Shown: positions 28,474 through 39,675 of the stretch, piece after piece
Numbering within the stretch: the stretch's first letter is position 1
Layout: each line of letters starts with the position of its first letter
Origin: Obrimoposthia wandeli
Taxonomy: Eukaryota
DNA length: 64,000 nucleotides
NCBI GenBank assembly: GCA_977020255.1
Contig: CDROCS010004085.1
Coordinates: 62,001-126,000, forward strand
Reading direction: 5' to 3'
Notes under the pieces: generated by a model
Databases searched by the model: none
Told to the model about the DNA's origin: nothing
What the model saw: the letters and a program-made list of their open reading frames with translations, nothing else
Position numbers and translations under genes: made by a program

Positions 28474-28854
28474 ATGAATCAGTATATTAATGAACTTACT
28501 TGGAATGATCAGAATATTCCGCATCGCTTATGGGTCGAAAAATGTGATAATGGCGGTACCCGTTTATGTTTGAAAGTGATAAAAGATGTTGAGCCTGAAA
28601 TCTTGTGCTTAGATTTACCTGTGAGTCAGCAACAAGTAATGGGAGCTTGGCTAGGAAAAGCATCACCAGTTTCAGATGAATTTAATGATGGAAAACTGTA
28701 TTCTCAAGTAAGAAGCTTACTTAACTTACCGCAAGGTTGCGTTGTTTGGACTGTGAATCACATTCAAATGCCAAATGGCTTGAAAATGTCAGCAGATAAA
28801 TTGGCATTTGTACCTGAAATGAAACAAGAACATGGTTTGCTAGTTGCTATATAG
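28474..28854 (+). CDS. Hypothetical protein
   Basis: 126-aa ORF 8 bp after the YhcH-family gene, with RBS aggtg. Confidence 0.7.
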   Translation: MNQYINELTWNDQNIPHRLWVEKCDNGGTRLCLKVIKDVEPEILCLDLPVSQQQVMGAWLGKASPVSDEFNDGKLYSQVRSLLNLPQGCVVWTVNHIQMPNGLKMSADKLAFVPEMKQEHGLLVAI

Positions 28855-28958
28855 TTAATATTTTAAACTTCTTCGGTAATAAATCATCCCCATTAATAAA
28901 AACGTTATATTATGGGGCTATTTATTTCATCTATTTATATTACGACATTTATGACAAG

Positions 28959-29465
28959 TTAAACGATGAGTTGTTTGGAATTACGATACATTTTATAGAT
29001 AGTTATTGAGTTCATGATAATAAACGTTGCTTCCATCATTGTGCCACCAATCGAACCTAATAATACGTTATTTGTTAACCAGCAAAAAGAATTAAATAAA
29101 ATCAATAAGCGCATATGAATACCTTGGGCTTTAAATAAGCTCCAGGTTGCCACTGATGCCCCAAAGATGGTTAAAATCTCATAGCTATGCTCAACATTGG
29201 GTAATCCCATTACCCATAATAATCCAATAAAAAGCCACATTACGAGGCTAGATTGCGTTCGGGTGGAGGCATAACTGCGTAGCGCGCTTATTCCACAGCC
29301 GATAGCAGCAGTAACCGCACCCATTAAAATAAAGTGAGAGCAAAGAACAATTTGAAATACGGTTAGATGAAGTCGAAATCTATGTCCATCTTGATGTAAA
29401 AATGCTGTCGCACCGATTAAAAAAGCAACTATACCAATAGTTTGTGGAAAATCTAATTCAGGCAT
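28959..29465 (-). CDS. ygjV: YgjV-family inner membrane protein
   Basis: QTIGIVAFLIG, HFILMGA, CWLTNNVLLGSIGGTMMEA; ygjV is linked to hexuronate genes in E. coli. Confidence 0.8.
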   Translation of the reverse strand: MPELDFPQTIGIVAFLIGATAFLHQDGHRFRLHLTVFQIVLCSHFILMGAVTAAIGCGISALRSYASTRTQSSLVMWLFIGLLWVMGLPNVEHSYEILTIFGASVATWSLFKAQGIHMRLLILFNSFCWLTNNVLLGSIGGTMMEATFIIMNSITIYKMYRNSKQLIV

Positions 29466-29583
29466 GGTGTTTTACTGCCCCTGCAAGGTAACGAAGGCAC
29501 AGTTCAGGGCTCGTTAATTTATCAATGTATGGCTTAAAGAGCACTTCACTGGCTTGAAGGGTGTAAAGAAACCGACTGTTCAT
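29458..29583 (-). CDS. Candidate 41-aa small ORF overlapping the ygjV start
   Basis: ATG at 29583 after gaggga; MNSRFLYTLQASEVLFKPYIDKLTSPELCLRYLAGAVKHHA*; stop overlaps ygjV ATG (atgcctga). Confidence 0.3.
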   Translation of the reverse strand: MNSRFLYTLQASEVLFKPYIDKLTSPELCLRYLAGAVKHHA

Positions 29584-29683
29584 TGTGACGTTCCCTCGTT
29601 CAGTAATCTATTGTTATCGCGTATTTTCAGTAAAAGAAAGGCCTCCAGATGGAAGCCTTGATGTTATAAAACTGTTATATCTA

Positions 29684-30310
29684 TTATTTCACTAAGTCGG
29701 CAGCTTCACGCGCTAAACGACCAATTTCATCCCAACGGCCTGCATTGATAAGTTTTGGATCAACCATCCATGTTCCGCCACAAGCAAATACACGATCAAT
29801 GGCAAGGTAGTCATTTACATTCTTGGTGTTAACACCGCCTGTCGGCATGAACTGGACTTGTGTGTAAGGTGCCAGCAATGATTTAAGCATGCTAATGCCA
29901 CCCGAAGCTTCAGCAGGGAAGAATTTCAGCGTCGTTAGCCCCATTTCTAGTGCTGCTTCAACTGTTGAAGGGTTATTCACACCGGGTACAATGTCGATGC
30001 CCAATTCTTGGCAAGCCCTTACCGTATTAGGGTTAAAACCGGGTGACACAATAAAAGTCGCGCCTGCTTCTTTTGCTGCGATAACTTGTTCACGGTTTAA
30101 CACGGTACCAGCACCGATTAGCATATCTGGTTGGGCTTCGCGAAGTAGACGAATTGCCTCTACTGCTGCATCTGAGCGGAAAGTGATCTCAGCGGCAGGT
30201 AGGCCATTTTCAGCCAATGCTTTACCCAGTGGAATAATATCTTCAGCACGCTCAAGCGCGATAACAGGAATGATTTTAATCGCTGCTAGTTGTTCAGAGA
30301 TAGTGCTCAT
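29684..30310 (-). CDS. eda: KDPG/KHG aldolase
   Basis: AEITFRS, IGAGTVL, FIVSPG, LKFFPAE, FMPTGGV. Confidence 0.96.
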   Translation of the reverse strand: MSTISEQLAAIKIIPVIALERAEDIIPLGKALAENGLPAAEITFRSDAAVEAIRLLREAQPDMLIGAGTVLNREQVIAAKEAGATFIVSPGFNPNTVRACQELGIDIVPGVNNPSTVEAALEMGLTTLKFFPAEASGGISMLKSLLAPYTQVQFMPTGGVNTKNVNDYLAIDRVFACGGTWMVDPKLINAGRWDEIGRLAREAADLVK

Positions 30311-31275
30311 TGTGTTATTTCCTTATTCGAATTCGTTGTAACATTAAAATTGATCGATTCAGTGGCCGAGGTTGGAATAATCGCCCCTTTATGCTGAATT
30401 ACTGTTCCTGCGAGCTGGTGCCCTTGTAATGCGGATTCTCGCGAGGTTTTATTAGTGAGATATCCAGCAAGAAAACCAGCATTAAACGAGTCGCCAGCCG
30501 AGGTTGTATCAATGACGGTATTTATTGGTGTGGTTGTAATAAGCTCTGGTGTATCGGTAGTAAAGTCGGTGAACAAACACCCTTTAGCACCTTGCTTCAA
30601 TACGACGTGTTTTACCCCGTTATTGCGCAAGCGATGAAGGGTATCTTGTGATGAGGTATCACCCCACAAGGTTTCTTCGTCGTCGTCAGTCACTAATGCA
30701 AGGTTGGTAAACGACAATACTTGCTTGTAGCACTTACGTGCTTCATCGGCACTTTCCCATAACGTGGGGCGATAGTTGGAATCAAAAGCAATTTCAACGC
30801 CATTGCGAGACAGTTGTCCAAGCAATGTGACTAATTGTTGACGATCTTCCGCGGGTAAAATCGCTAAGCTAATACCGCTGACGTAGACCATATCAACGGT
30901 CTTCAAATGACTTTCTACTTGTGCAAAGGCAGGATGACGAACAAGGTATCGTGCAGCAGATTGATTTCGCCAGTACAGGAAGGTTCTTTCTCCTTGCTCA
31001 TCTAACTGAATAAGGTACAAACCCGGTTGGCGAGTAAGATCGCGAAGTACATAATCGGTATTGATGCCTTCTTGTTGCCAACGTGAAATCATACCGTCAC
31101 TGATAGCATCTGTACCGAGCGCACTGATGTAATCAATCTCGACAGATTGCCCTGCGGTACGCGCCATGTATACAGCAGTGTTTAATGAATCGCCGCCATA
31201 GGCTTGCTGCATGGTGCCAAATGGGGCGCCATTGAGCTCTATCATGCATTCGCCGATAATTGCGATGCGTTTCAT
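30307..31275 (-). CDS. kdgK: 2-keto-3-deoxygluconate kinase (PfkB family)
   Basis: [37 protein letters not shown]; true start MKRIA at 31275 overlaps the uxaC stop (ATGA). Confidence 0.93.
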   Translation of the reverse strand: MKRIAIIGECMIELNGAPFGTMQQAYGGDSLNTAVYMARTAGQSVEIDYISALGTDAISDGMISRWQQEGINTDYVLRDLTRQPGLYLIQLDEQGERTFLYWRNQSAARYLVRHPAFAQVESHLKTVDMVYVSGISLAILPAEDRQQLVTLLGQLSRNGVEIAFDSNYRPTLWESADEARKCYKQVLSFTNLALVTDDDEETLWGDTSSQDTLHRLRNNGVKHVVLKQGAKGCLFTDFTTDTPELITTTPINTVIDTTSAGDSFNAGFLAGYLTNKTSRESALQGHQLAGTVIQHKGAIIPTSATESINFNVTTNSNKEITQ

Positions 31276-32696
31276 GCACACTCTCCAGGTAGTTTGAAGT
31301 AAGTTTTCGCGTTGTTGAAAGCGATATCTTGAACAAGCTTGCCTAGCATCGCCATGTCGTGAGGTGCTTCGCCATTTTGTACCCACTGGCCAATCATGTT
31401 GCACAGAATACGACGGAAATACTCATGGCGGGTATACGATAAGAAACTACGAGAATCCGTTAGCATACCCACAAATTGGCTTAACAGGCCCAGTTGAGAC
31501 AGCTGTTCCATTTGACGTTGCATGCCGTCTTTTTGATCGTTGAACCACCAACCCGAACCAAATTGTACTTTGCCGGCGATACCACCACCTTGGAAGTTAC
31601 CGATCATCGTTGCCATCATTTCGTTATCACGTGGGTTCAGGCAATAAAGAATGGTTTTTGGCAGTTCATTGGTGATATCCATTGCATTGAGTAGCGAGGC
31701 CAGTTCTAACGCAAACGGACGATCACCCACAGAATCAAAGCCACTGTCAGCGCCTAATAGCTTGAACATGCGGGTGCTGTTATTACGTTGTGCGCCAATA
31801 TGAAGCTGCATTACCCAGCCACGCTTCGCATATTGTGTGCCTAACCACACTTGAACTGCTGTACTGAATTGGTCGACTTCTTGTTCTGTCAGCACTTCGT
31901 TATTCAGGCGTCGTACTAGCATGGCATCCAGCATTGATTCTGTTGGGACTTTGCCGTAGCGAACGATCTCAATGCCATGGTCAGCGGCACGGCAACCATG
32001 CGCTGCAAAATGATCAAGACGACGATCAAGCGCAGTCAGTAAATCAGAAAAACGGCGAATTTCAATATCAGCGACTTGAGCTAATTGCTGCATATAATCA
32101 GCAAAACCGTCGAGTTCTACCTTAAATGCACGGTCAGGTCGCCAACTTGGTGCTACTTCGATATCACAAGTGTCATCTTCAGCAATGGCTTTGTGGTGTT
32201 CTAACGTGTGAATAGGATCATCTGTAGTGCCTGCCATAACCACGTTCATTTGTTTCATGATACCGCGCGCAGAAAACTCTGGGCTTGCTAGCATTTCGTT
32301 ACATTCATGCCAGATATCTTCAGCGGTTTCAGGGCTGAATAGCTTGCCAGTGATACCAAATGGACGCCGTAATTCGAGGTGAGTCCAGTGGTAGAGTGGG
32401 TTCCCCAGTGTCTGTGGTACTGTTCTAGCCCATGCCATGTATTTTTCAAAATCAGAGGTTTCTTTACCTGTGATGAGCGACTCGCTAATACCTGCTGCGC
32501 GCATACCGCGCCACTTGTAGTGATCGCCTTCGAGCCACATTTGACCAAGGTTATCGAACTGACGGTTATCCGCGACTTCTTGCGCATTGAGGTGGCAATG
32601 GTAATCATAGATCGGCATGTCTTTCGCGAAGTCGTGATATAAGCGGCGTGCAACCTCATTGGTTAGAAGAAAATCGTCACATAGAAAAGCTTTCAT
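31272..32696 (-). CDS. uxaC: Uronate (glucuronate) isomerase
   Basis: [47 protein letters not shown]. Confidence 0.97.
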   Translation of the reverse strand: MKAFLCDDFLLTNEVARRLYHDFAKDMPIYDYHCHLNAQEVADNRQFDNLGQMWLEGDHYKWRGMRAAGISESLITGKETSDFEKYMAWARTVPQTLGNPLYHWTHLELRRPFGITGKLFSPETAEDIWHECNEMLASPEFSARGIMKQMNVVMAGTTDDPIHTLEHHKAIAEDDTCDIEVAPSWRPDRAFKVELDGFADYMQQLAQVADIEIRRFSDLLTALDRRLDHFAAHGCRAADHGIEIVRYGKVPTESMLDAMLVRRLNNEVLTEQEVDQFSTAVQVWLGTQYAKRGWVMQLHIGAQRNNSTRMFKLLGADSGFDSVGDRPFALELASLLNAMDITNELPKTILYCLNPRDNEMMATMIGNFQGGGIAGKVQFGSGWWFNDQKDGMQRQMEQLSQLGLLSQFVGMLTDSRSFLSYTRHEYFRRILCNMIGQWVQNGEAPHDMAMLGKLVQDIAFNNAKTYFKLPGECA

Positions 32697-32755
32697 AGAT
32701 GGCTCCAGAAAAGTATCCCCTCGAAAGACGTATCAGTCGAAGGGATAGGCATTAA

Positions 32756-34219
32756 TTAAAGAGATGCAACCGCAGCACGAGCGCCGTCAGTGATGATGAG
32801 CTGATAAGCGTCGGTTACCGCAGTAACCAATGCTTCGTTCTTAATCAGATCGGTGCCGAAGATAGCTTCAATGCCCAGAAGAGCCTTAACCACAGAAGAA
32901 TTAATACCGTGCTGCTGGTAGATCTCTTTGAAGAGGTCAACCATTGGGTCGCGAACGTCAATCGGGTTCGCTTTTTCGTCAGAGCCACTGACGTACATCA
33001 TCCAGCCTGCAATGCCCATTGCCAGCCATTTGTAGTCAGAACCAGCATCAAGGTGGAAACGCAATGACCCACCCATTCGTTGAGGGATCTTCTGGCTACC
33101 GTCCATCGCGATCTGCCATGTTTGGTGCTTAAGACTCGGGTTAGTGAAGCGGTTGATAAGCAGGTTCGCGTAACCTTCTAAATCGGTGCCTTCAGGCATG
33201 TTGAGGGTTGGCGCTTGTGCTTTCATCATCATGTCGAAAGCCGCTTTACGGTAGCTTTCATTGGTCATAGTGTCAGAGATGTGTGCGTAGCCCCCCAAAT
33301 AGCCAAGGTAGGCTAAGAAAGAGTGGCTACCATTAAGCATGCGCAGCTTCATTTCTTCGAAAGGCACAACATCAGAGACAAATTCAGCACCAACAATGTT
33401 CCATTCTGGACGACCATTGACAAAGTTATCTTCAATAACCCATTGTCTGAATGGTTCACAAGCGATACCACATGGGTCTCCAACTCCGACTAAGGTGGTG
33501 ATTTCAGCTAATGTTTCAGCGGTTGCCGCTGGCACAATACGATCGACCATGGTGCATGGGAAGGTCACGTTAGTTTCAATCCAACCCGCAAGGTCTTTAT
33601 CGACTAACATTGCAAAATCGAGTACTGCTGCACGAGCGACATGACCATTTTCTTGCACGTTATCGCAAGACATAACCGTAAATGGCTTTATGCCGAGTTC
33701 ACGACGGATGCGCAAGGCTTCAACAATATAACCAATGGCAGAATTCGGTTCTTGCGGGTGAGTTAAATCTGCTTTAATCAGGGCATTGTTTTTGTCTAAA
33801 CGCCCGGTGGCAGGGTCGGCACAGTAACCTTTTTCTGTAATCGTCATTGATACAATAGCAACTTGTTCTTCGGCCATTTTCTCCAGCACGGCACGTTGCC
33901 CGTCAAGTGCAGGGTGCAGAGATTCAGTCACAGAACCGACCATTTTCACTGTAGTCGCGTCGGCACCTTTTTCTGCCACCGTGTATAAGTGATCTTGTTC
34001 GCGCAGTTGTTTGATAAGATCTTCACCACCGAACAGGTTAATTTCACAAATCCCCCAATCACTACCGTTTTTTTCTAACATTTCACTGGTGAATAACGCT
34101 TGGTGAGCACGGTGGAATGCACCAAAGCCTAAATGAACGATACGGCTCTTAAGGGCGGTTCTATCGTAATTAGGGCGAATGACTTGCGCATTGATTTCAG
34201 TATTAGCAATATTTGACAT
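32756..34219 (-). CDS. uxuB: D-mannonate oxidoreductase (fructuronate reductase)
   Basis: VHLGFGAFHRAHQ, TITEKGYC, MSCDN, MVDRIVP, KLRMLNGSH, QIAMDGSQK. Confidence 0.93.
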   Translation of the reverse strand: MSNIANTEINAQVIRPNYDRTALKSRIVHLGFGAFHRAHQALFTSEMLEKNGSDWGICEINLFGGEDLIKQLREQDHLYTVAEKGADATTVKMVGSVTESLHPALDGQRAVLEKMAEEQVAIVSMTITEKGYCADPATGRLDKNNALIKADLTHPQEPNSAIGYIVEALRIRRELGIKPFTVMSCDNVQENGHVARAAVLDFAMLVDKDLAGWIETNVTFPCTMVDRIVPAATAETLAEITTLVGVGDPCGIACEPFRQWVIEDNFVNGRPEWNIVGAEFVSDVVPFEEMKLRMLNGSHSFLAYLGYLGGYAHISDTMTNESYRKAAFDMMMKAQAPTLNMPEGTDLEGYANLLINRFTNPSLKHQTWQIAMDGSQKIPQRMGGSLRFHLDAGSDYKWLAMGIAGWMMYVSGSDEKANPIDVRDPMVDLFKEIYQQHGINSSVVKALLGIEAIFGTDLIKNEALVTAVTDAYQLIITDGARAAVASL

Positions 34220-34234
34220 GTTGTATTTCCTTTA

Positions 34235-34263
34235 TTTTCTCACCAGTTTATTACTGGTGAGAA
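34235..34263. other. Intergenic stem-loop between TRAP large subunit and uxuB
   Basis: tttctcaccagt-ttatt-actggtgagaaa perfect 12-bp stem without a U-tract on the coding (minus) strand. Confidence 0.6.
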
Positions 34264-34301
34264 ATATATTGATTGAGACGTTCTAGTGAATTGATAATCT
34301 C

Positions 34302-35603
34302 TTAGTAACCTAAAACTAAACCGGGTAGGAATAGGCTTAATTGAGGAATAAAAGTTACAGCCATTAGCGCAAGAACCAGTGCCGCATAGAAAGGTAATAA
34401 TGGTTTGATGACCTTATCAATCGATACATTTGCAACTGAACAACCAATGAATAACGCACTGCCTACAGGCGGAGTACAAATACCAATCGCAAGGTTAAAC
34501 GTCATCATGATACCGAAGTGCACAGGGTCGACACCTAAATCTAATACGATAGGTAAGAAGATAGGAGTGAAGATCAGTACTGCTGGTGTCATGTCCATGA
34601 AGATACCAACAATTAATAAAATAAGGTTGATAATTAATAAGACAACGAGTGGGTTATCAGAAACAGCCAGTAATGCGTCGGCAATCATGTAAGGGATATC
34701 GGCGTTAGCCATTGCCCACGACATGCCCATTGATGCACCCACTAACAGTAGAACAATTGAGGTTGTCACTGCTGATTCTAAGATGATGGCTGGAAGCTGC
34801 TTTATTTTAACTTCACGGTAAATAATTACGGCAAGTATAAAAGTATATACCACTGCAATAGCCGATGCTTCGGTTGCGGTGAAGATACCGCCAATAATAC
34901 CGCCCATAATAATGACGATAAGCATTAAAGAGGGTAACGCTCTTAATAATGTATCCCACACTTCTGCCAGACTTGGCTTAGGTGCAATAGGGTAGCCACG
35001 GCGCTTGGCAATAAAGCCTGCAACACACATCAAGCTCAAGCCCATGATCAGGCCCGGAATGTAACCTGCTAGAAATAGTGCTGCAATCGATGTACCACCA
35101 GAAACAAGAGAGAATACGATTAAGGTATTACTCGGTGGAATCAATAAACCAGTCGGGCATGAGGTAATGTTTACCGCTGCAGAAAAGTGTTCATCATAAC
35201 CATCTTTCTTTTGCAAAGGAGACATCGTACCGCCAACAGCTGCCGCAGAGGCTACCGCTGAACCTGAAATTGACCCAAACATCATATTTGCCATGATATT
35301 TACATGCGCCAGAGAACCAGGTAAACGACCACCCAATACTTTTGCAAAGTTAATAAGGCGAATCGCAATACCACCTTGGTTCATAATATTACCCGCCAAA
35401 ATAAAGAACGGGATTGCAAGCAATGCAAAGTTATCAAGACCTGCCGCCATACGCTGTGCTACCACGGCAATTGCAGGCTCAAGTGGTAGGCTCAGCATAA
35501 TGGTTGCTAAAGACGATAGACCAATAGCAAATGAAACAGGTATTCCTAACGTTAAGAGAACCGCAAAGCTACCAAATAAAGTAAGAATGACTTGCCATTC
35601 CAT
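34302..35603 (-). CDS. dctM: TRAP transporter large permease (DctM family), hexuronate-linked
   Basis: LLAIPFFILAGNIM, GSISGSAVA, LLIPPS, DPVHFG, CTPPVG. Confidence 0.95.
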   Translation of the reverse strand: MEWQVILTLFGSFAVLLTLGIPVSFAIGLSSLATIMLSLPLEPAIAVVAQRMAAGLDNFALLAIPFFILAGNIMNQGGIAIRLINFAKVLGGRLPGSLAHVNIMANMMFGSISGSAVASAAAVGGTMSPLQKKDGYDEHFSAAVNITSCPTGLLIPPSNTLIVFSLVSGGTSIAALFLAGYIPGLIMGLSLMCVAGFIAKRRGYPIAPKPSLAEVWDTLLRALPSLMLIVIIMGGIIGGIFTATEASAIAVVYTFILAVIIYREVKIKQLPAIILESAVTTSIVLLLVGASMGMSWAMANADIPYMIADALLAVSDNPLVVLLIINLILLIVGIFMDMTPAVLIFTPIFLPIVLDLGVDPVHFGIMMTFNLAIGICTPPVGSALFIGCSVANVSIDKVIKPLLPFYAALVLALMAVTFIPQLSLFLPGLVLGY

Positions 35604-35628
35604 AATGAAATTCCTTTTTTAATTAGTT

Positions 35629-36138
35629 TTATTGAGGATCTGCGACTACGTGGGCTTTACCAGATATCAGTTGTTTCACCTTTTCTAAGCCGAAAACAAA
35701 AGAATAAAAAATCATTAATGCACCGCTTAATGGTAAGCAGAAATAGATGTAACCCATTTCCCAACCCAGCGCTGGTGTAACCTGCCCTGTAGCTAATGTT
35801 TTAAGTGCGAGGTTAGTGCCACCGTAGATCAATACAATAAAGGCAAAAACAGCAATGGCGGCTTGAATAAAGATTTCGTTAATCAGTTTTCGTTTGCCCG
35901 TTAATTTCATTGTTAATAAATCGATAGCAAGATGACGTTTTTGACCTGTTGTATAAGCCGCACCAACAAGTGCAACCCACATAAATAGATAGCGTGCTAA
36001 TTCATCCGTGATGGTGCTTGGTTTGCCAATAACATACCGTGAGATCACCTGCCAGATGACACAGAAAACTAGGAAGGTAGAGAGAGATACAGTAAATGTG
36101 GCTAACCCTCTATTTATATAACCAACCAATTTATTCAT
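35629..36138 (-). CDS. dctQ: TRAP transporter small permease (DctQ family)
   Basis: QVISRY, DELARYLFMW, HLAID; start at MNKLVG. Confidence 0.92.
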   Translation of the reverse strand: MNKLVGYINRGLATFTVSLSTFLVFCVIWQVISRYVIGKPSTITDELARYLFMWVALVGAAYTTGQKRHLAIDLLTMKLTGKRKLINEIFIQAAIAVFAFIVLIYGGTNLALKTLATGQVTPALGWEMGYIYFCLPLSGALMIFYSFVFGLEKVKQLISGKAHVVADPQ

Positions 36139-36177
36139 CTTTAATTCCTTAGTGTGTGGGAGCCTGTAAATTAATAT

Positions 36178-36337
36178 TTGGTTAACCAATGCAAGAAGGT
36201 ATTAATCAATATTATTTTTACACACTCGTTTCTAGTGGGGATTATAGATAATGGTTAATAAATGTCATGTGAGCTGCCTCACAATTTAATTGGTTGACCA
36301 ATTAAGGGGTTATTATTGTGATATGGGTCAACCAATT
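36178..36337. promoter_or_regulatory. Divergent TRAP promoter region with UxuR/ExuR-type operators and CRP sites
   Basis: Palindromes TTGGTTAACCAA (about 36178-36189), AATTGGTTGACCAATT (36288-36303), ATGGGTCAACCAATT (36323-36337); perfect CRP box TGTGA-GCTGCC-TCACA (36268-36283); second TGTGA-N6-TCAAC (36317-36332). Confidence 0.8.
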
Positions 36338-36437
36338 GGTATTTTTGTTTTGACGGTTTACGTATTTAACGCCAATATTAGTCCCGTATTCCAATATACC
36401 CTACAAAATGGACAACCAATCTCACGGAGATATAATA

Positions 36438-37421
36438 ATGATGACACGTAAAAGTGTACTAACAGCTCTAATCGGTACAGCGCTAACAATTGGTGCTTCA
36501 GCTTCTGCTTTTGCTGCAACTACATTTAAGCTGAGCCATAACCACCCACGTGACCATGCCGTTCACCAAGCAATGGATTCAATGGCAAAAGAAGTACGTG
36601 AGCTGACTAATGGTGAAGTGCGTATTCGTATCTACCCTGATGCACAATTAGGTACGCAACGTGAATCAATGGAGCTAATGCAAAATGGCGCACTTGATAT
36701 GGTTAAAACAAATGCTGCTGAATTAGAAGCATTTGCCCCAGCTTATGCGGCATTTAACCTACCGTACTTATTCCGTGATAAAGCACACTATTACAATGTA
36801 ATGGAAGGTGCTATTGGTGAAGAGATTTTAGCGTCATCTCGTGATAGTGGCTTCATTGGTTTAACTTATTACGATGCTGGTGCACGAAGCTTCTACACGT
36901 CTAAGCCGATTAATACACCAGAAGACCTTAAAGGTTTAAAAATCCGTGTACAACCAAGCCCTTCCGCTATAAGTATGGTTCAGGCGTTAGGTGGTAATGC
37001 GACGCCTTTAGCTTATGGTGAGCTGTATACTGCTCTACAACAAGGGGTGGTTGATGCAGCAGAAAATAACATTCCTTCATTCAGTTTAAGCCGCCATGGT
37101 GAAGTCTCTAAATACTACAGCTTAGATGAGCATACTATGGTTCCAGATGTGCTGGTTATCTCAAATAAAGCTTACGATGGCTTGTCTGAAGAGAACCGTG
37201 CAATACTTAAAAAAGCAGCGATGCATTCCGCAGAGTTGATGAAAAAATTATGGGCGGAATCAGAACAAACTGAACGCGCGAATGCAGAGAAGTTGGGTGT
37301 GACATTTGTAACACCAAACAAAACAGCCTTTGTTGATGCAGTACAGCCAATGTATGACGCTTTAGATGAAACAAACCCAGATCTAGCGGAAATTGTTGAA
37401 CGTATTAAAGCTGTTAAATAA
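36438..37421 (+). CDS. dctP: TRAP substrate-binding protein (DctP family), hexuronate-linked
   Basis: Signal peptide, IYPDAQLG, YYDAGARSF, GLKIRVQ, GVVDAAENN, HTMVPD. Confidence 0.95.
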   Translation: MMTRKSVLTALIGTALTIGASASAFAATTFKLSHNHPRDHAVHQAMDSMAKEVRELTNGEVRIRIYPDAQLGTQRESMELMQNGALDMVKTNAAELEAFAPAYAAFNLPYLFRDKAHYYNVMEGAIGEEILASSRDSGFIGLTYYDAGARSFYTSKPINTPEDLKGLKIRVQPSPSAISMVQALGGNATPLAYGELYTALQQGVVDAAENNIPSFSLSRHGEVSKYYSLDEHTMVPDVLVISNKAYDGLSEENRAILKKAAMHSAELMKKLWAESEQTERANAEKLGVTFVTPNKTAFVDAVQPMYDALDETNPDLAEIVERIKAVK

Positions 37422-37477
37422 TCAATCGATTAGTTATTAGCATAAAATAACAAGGTGTTGCAACTCTTCACCATAAA

Positions 37478-37491
37478 GAGGTTGACCAATT
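37478..37491. promoter_or_regulatory. UxuR-like operator upstream of the regulator (autoregulation)
   Basis: GAGGTTGACCAATT matches the operator seen at 36288. Confidence 0.55.
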
Positions 37492-37522
37492 TTATCAGTT
37501 CTTTATGATGGCATAGAGTGCA

Positions 37523-38311
37523 ATGGAATATAGTGACAATATCAATATGATGCCTTTTGAAGCAAAACGACCTTATCAAGAATTAGGGTTAGTACTGAGA
37601 CAAGAATTAATGAGCGGTCGATATAGTGTCGGTGACCGCCTACCACCTGAGCGTGACATCGCCGAAAGGTTAGATGTGAGTCGTACAGTGGTGCGCGAAG
37701 CCATCATTATGCTTGAACTTGAAAATCTAGTTGAAGTTAAAAAGGGGTCGGGGGTATATGTCCTTAATATTCCGAGTGAAACGAGTAGCCGCGAAAATGT
37801 GATTAGCGATGAAGCCGGTCCATTTGAAATGTTGCAGGCAAGGCAATTGTTAGAAAGTAACATTGCTGAGTTTGCCGCGATTCAAGTAACACCGGGTGAT
37901 ATTGTGAAAATGCGAGTCGCACTTGAGCTTGAGCGTAATGAAATCGCCAGTGAATCTGAAAATTGTACTGGTGATGAACAATTCCACCTTTGCATTGCTG
38001 AAGCAACTCAGAATTCTGTGCTGGTGGATATGCTTAAACATTCTTGGGCGCGACGTGAGCAAAGCCCAATGTGGAAAAAGCTTCATTCTCGCATTAATGA
38101 TCAGGCTTATCGCGAAGAGTGGCTAGGCGATCACGCTAAGATTCTTTCTGCAATGCAGCGAAAAGATCCTATTGCAGCCAAAAACGCCATGTGGCAACAC
38201 CTTGAAAATGTAAAACAACGATTACTCGAGTTATCTGATATCGACGATCCTAATTTTGATGGATATTTATTTAGCTCAAACCCTGTTGTCCTTCTTGGGG
38301 ACGATAAATAA
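37523..38311 (+). CDS. uxuR: GntR/FadR-family hexuronate regulator (UxuR/ExuR)
   Basis: GDRLPPERDIA, VSRTVVREA, GPFEMLQARQLLES, FCD domain; cluster context. Confidence 0.9.
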   Translation: MEYSDNINMMPFEAKRPYQELGLVLRQELMSGRYSVGDRLPPERDIAERLDVSRTVVREAIIMLELENLVEVKKGSGVYVLNIPSETSSRENVISDEAGPFEMLQARQLLESNIAEFAAIQVTPGDIVKMRVALELERNEIASESENCTGDEQFHLCIAEATQNSVLVDMLKHSWARREQSPMWKKLHSRINDQAYREEWLGDHAKILSAMQRKDPIAAKNAMWQHLENVKQRLLELSDIDDPNFDGYLFSSNPVVLLGDDK

Positions 38312-38472
38312 AATCGAAACCTTAATATAAGGCATCGAAAAATAAGACCAGCGTCTATGTTGGTCTTTATTTAGAACTGCTACTTCTAAGTGACAGTTAA
38401 TTAAATTTTTTAAATACTTTACTCGTCAATAATTTTCGAGCGGGTTAAGTGTGTCTGTAAAAGGTGATTGTC

Positions 38473-39657
38473 ATGGAACAAACTTGGCGCTGGTATGGTC
38501 CTAATGACCCAGTTTCTCTAAACGATATTCGTCAGGCGGGAGCGACGGGCATTGTGAACGCGTTACACCATATTCCCAATGGAGAAGTGTGGACGAAAGA
38601 AGAAATTCTTATTCGTAAGGCTTTAATCGAAGATAAAGGCCTTACATGGTCAGTGGTTGAGAGTGTTCCTGTACACGAAGAGATAAAAACACAGACGGGT
38701 AATTATCAGCTGTGGATTGATAACTATAAACAAACATTACGCAACTTAGCTGAATGCGGTATTGATACTGTCTGTTATAACTTTATGCCCGTTCTAGATT
38801 GGACTCGTACTGATCTTGAATTTGAAATGGAAGATGGATCTAAAGCATTACGTTTTGACCAAATTGCATTTGCCGCTTTTGAATTACATATTTTAAAACG
38901 CCCAAATGCAGAAGATGCTTATTCTGATGAAGAACAAGCACAAGCTAAAATCTATTTTGATAATATGTCTGATGCTGATATTGCTAAATTGACAGGCAAT
39001 ATTATTGCTGGGCTACCTGGGGCAGAAGAAGGCTATACATTACAAGAATTCCAAGCCCAATTAGATCGTTATAAAAGCATCACGAAAGATAAGCTTCGTG
39101 AACATATGGTGTACTTCCTAAAAGAATTAATGCCAATCTGTGATGCCAACGGTTTAAAAATGGCCGTTCACCCAGATGATCCACCACGCCCAATTTTAGG
39201 CTTACCTCGTATCGTTTCAACGATTGAAGATATTGATTGGTTAACTGCTGAAGTACCAAGCCAAATGAATGGCATCACAATGTGTACTGGTTCGTATGGC
39301 GTGCGTGGCGATAATGATTTAGTGAATATGATTAGACAACACGGTGATCGTATTTATTTTACTCATTTGCGTTCGACTCAACGTGAAGATAATCAGCTTA
39401 GCTTCCATGAAGCTGCCCACCTTGATGGTGATGTTGATATGTATAACGTCGTGATGGAAATTCTTAAAGAAGAACAGCGCCGTGATGATGCTGGTGATGT
39501 ACGGTTAATACCAATGCGCCCAGATCACGGTCATCAGATGTTAGATGATTTGAAGAAAAAAACGAACCCTGGTTATTCAGCTATTGGTCGCTTGAAAGGC
39601 CTTGCTGAAGTTCGAGGTTTGGAAATGGCATTAAAGCGCGCTTTCTTTACAAAATAA
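38473..39657 (+). CDS. uxuA: Mannonate dehydratase
   Basis: [57 protein letters not shown]. Confidence 0.97.
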   Translation: MEQTWRWYGPNDPVSLNDIRQAGATGIVNALHHIPNGEVWTKEEILIRKALIEDKGLTWSVVESVPVHEEIKTQTGNYQLWIDNYKQTLRNLAECGIDTVCYNFMPVLDWTRTDLEFEMEDGSKALRFDQIAFAAFELHILKRPNAEDAYSDEEQAQAKIYFDNMSDADIAKLTGNIIAGLPGAEEGYTLQEFQAQLDRYKSITKDKLREHMVYFLKELMPICDANGLKMAVHPDDPPRPILGLPRIVSTIEDIDWLTAEVPSQMNGITMCTGSYGVRGDNDLVNMIRQHGDRIYFTHLRSTQREDNQLSFHEAAHLDGDVDMYNVVMEILKEEQRRDDAGDVRLIPMRPDHGHQMLDDLKKKTNPGYSAIGRLKGLAEVRGLEMALKRAFFTK

Positions 39658-39675
39658 AAATAAAATAAATTTTAG

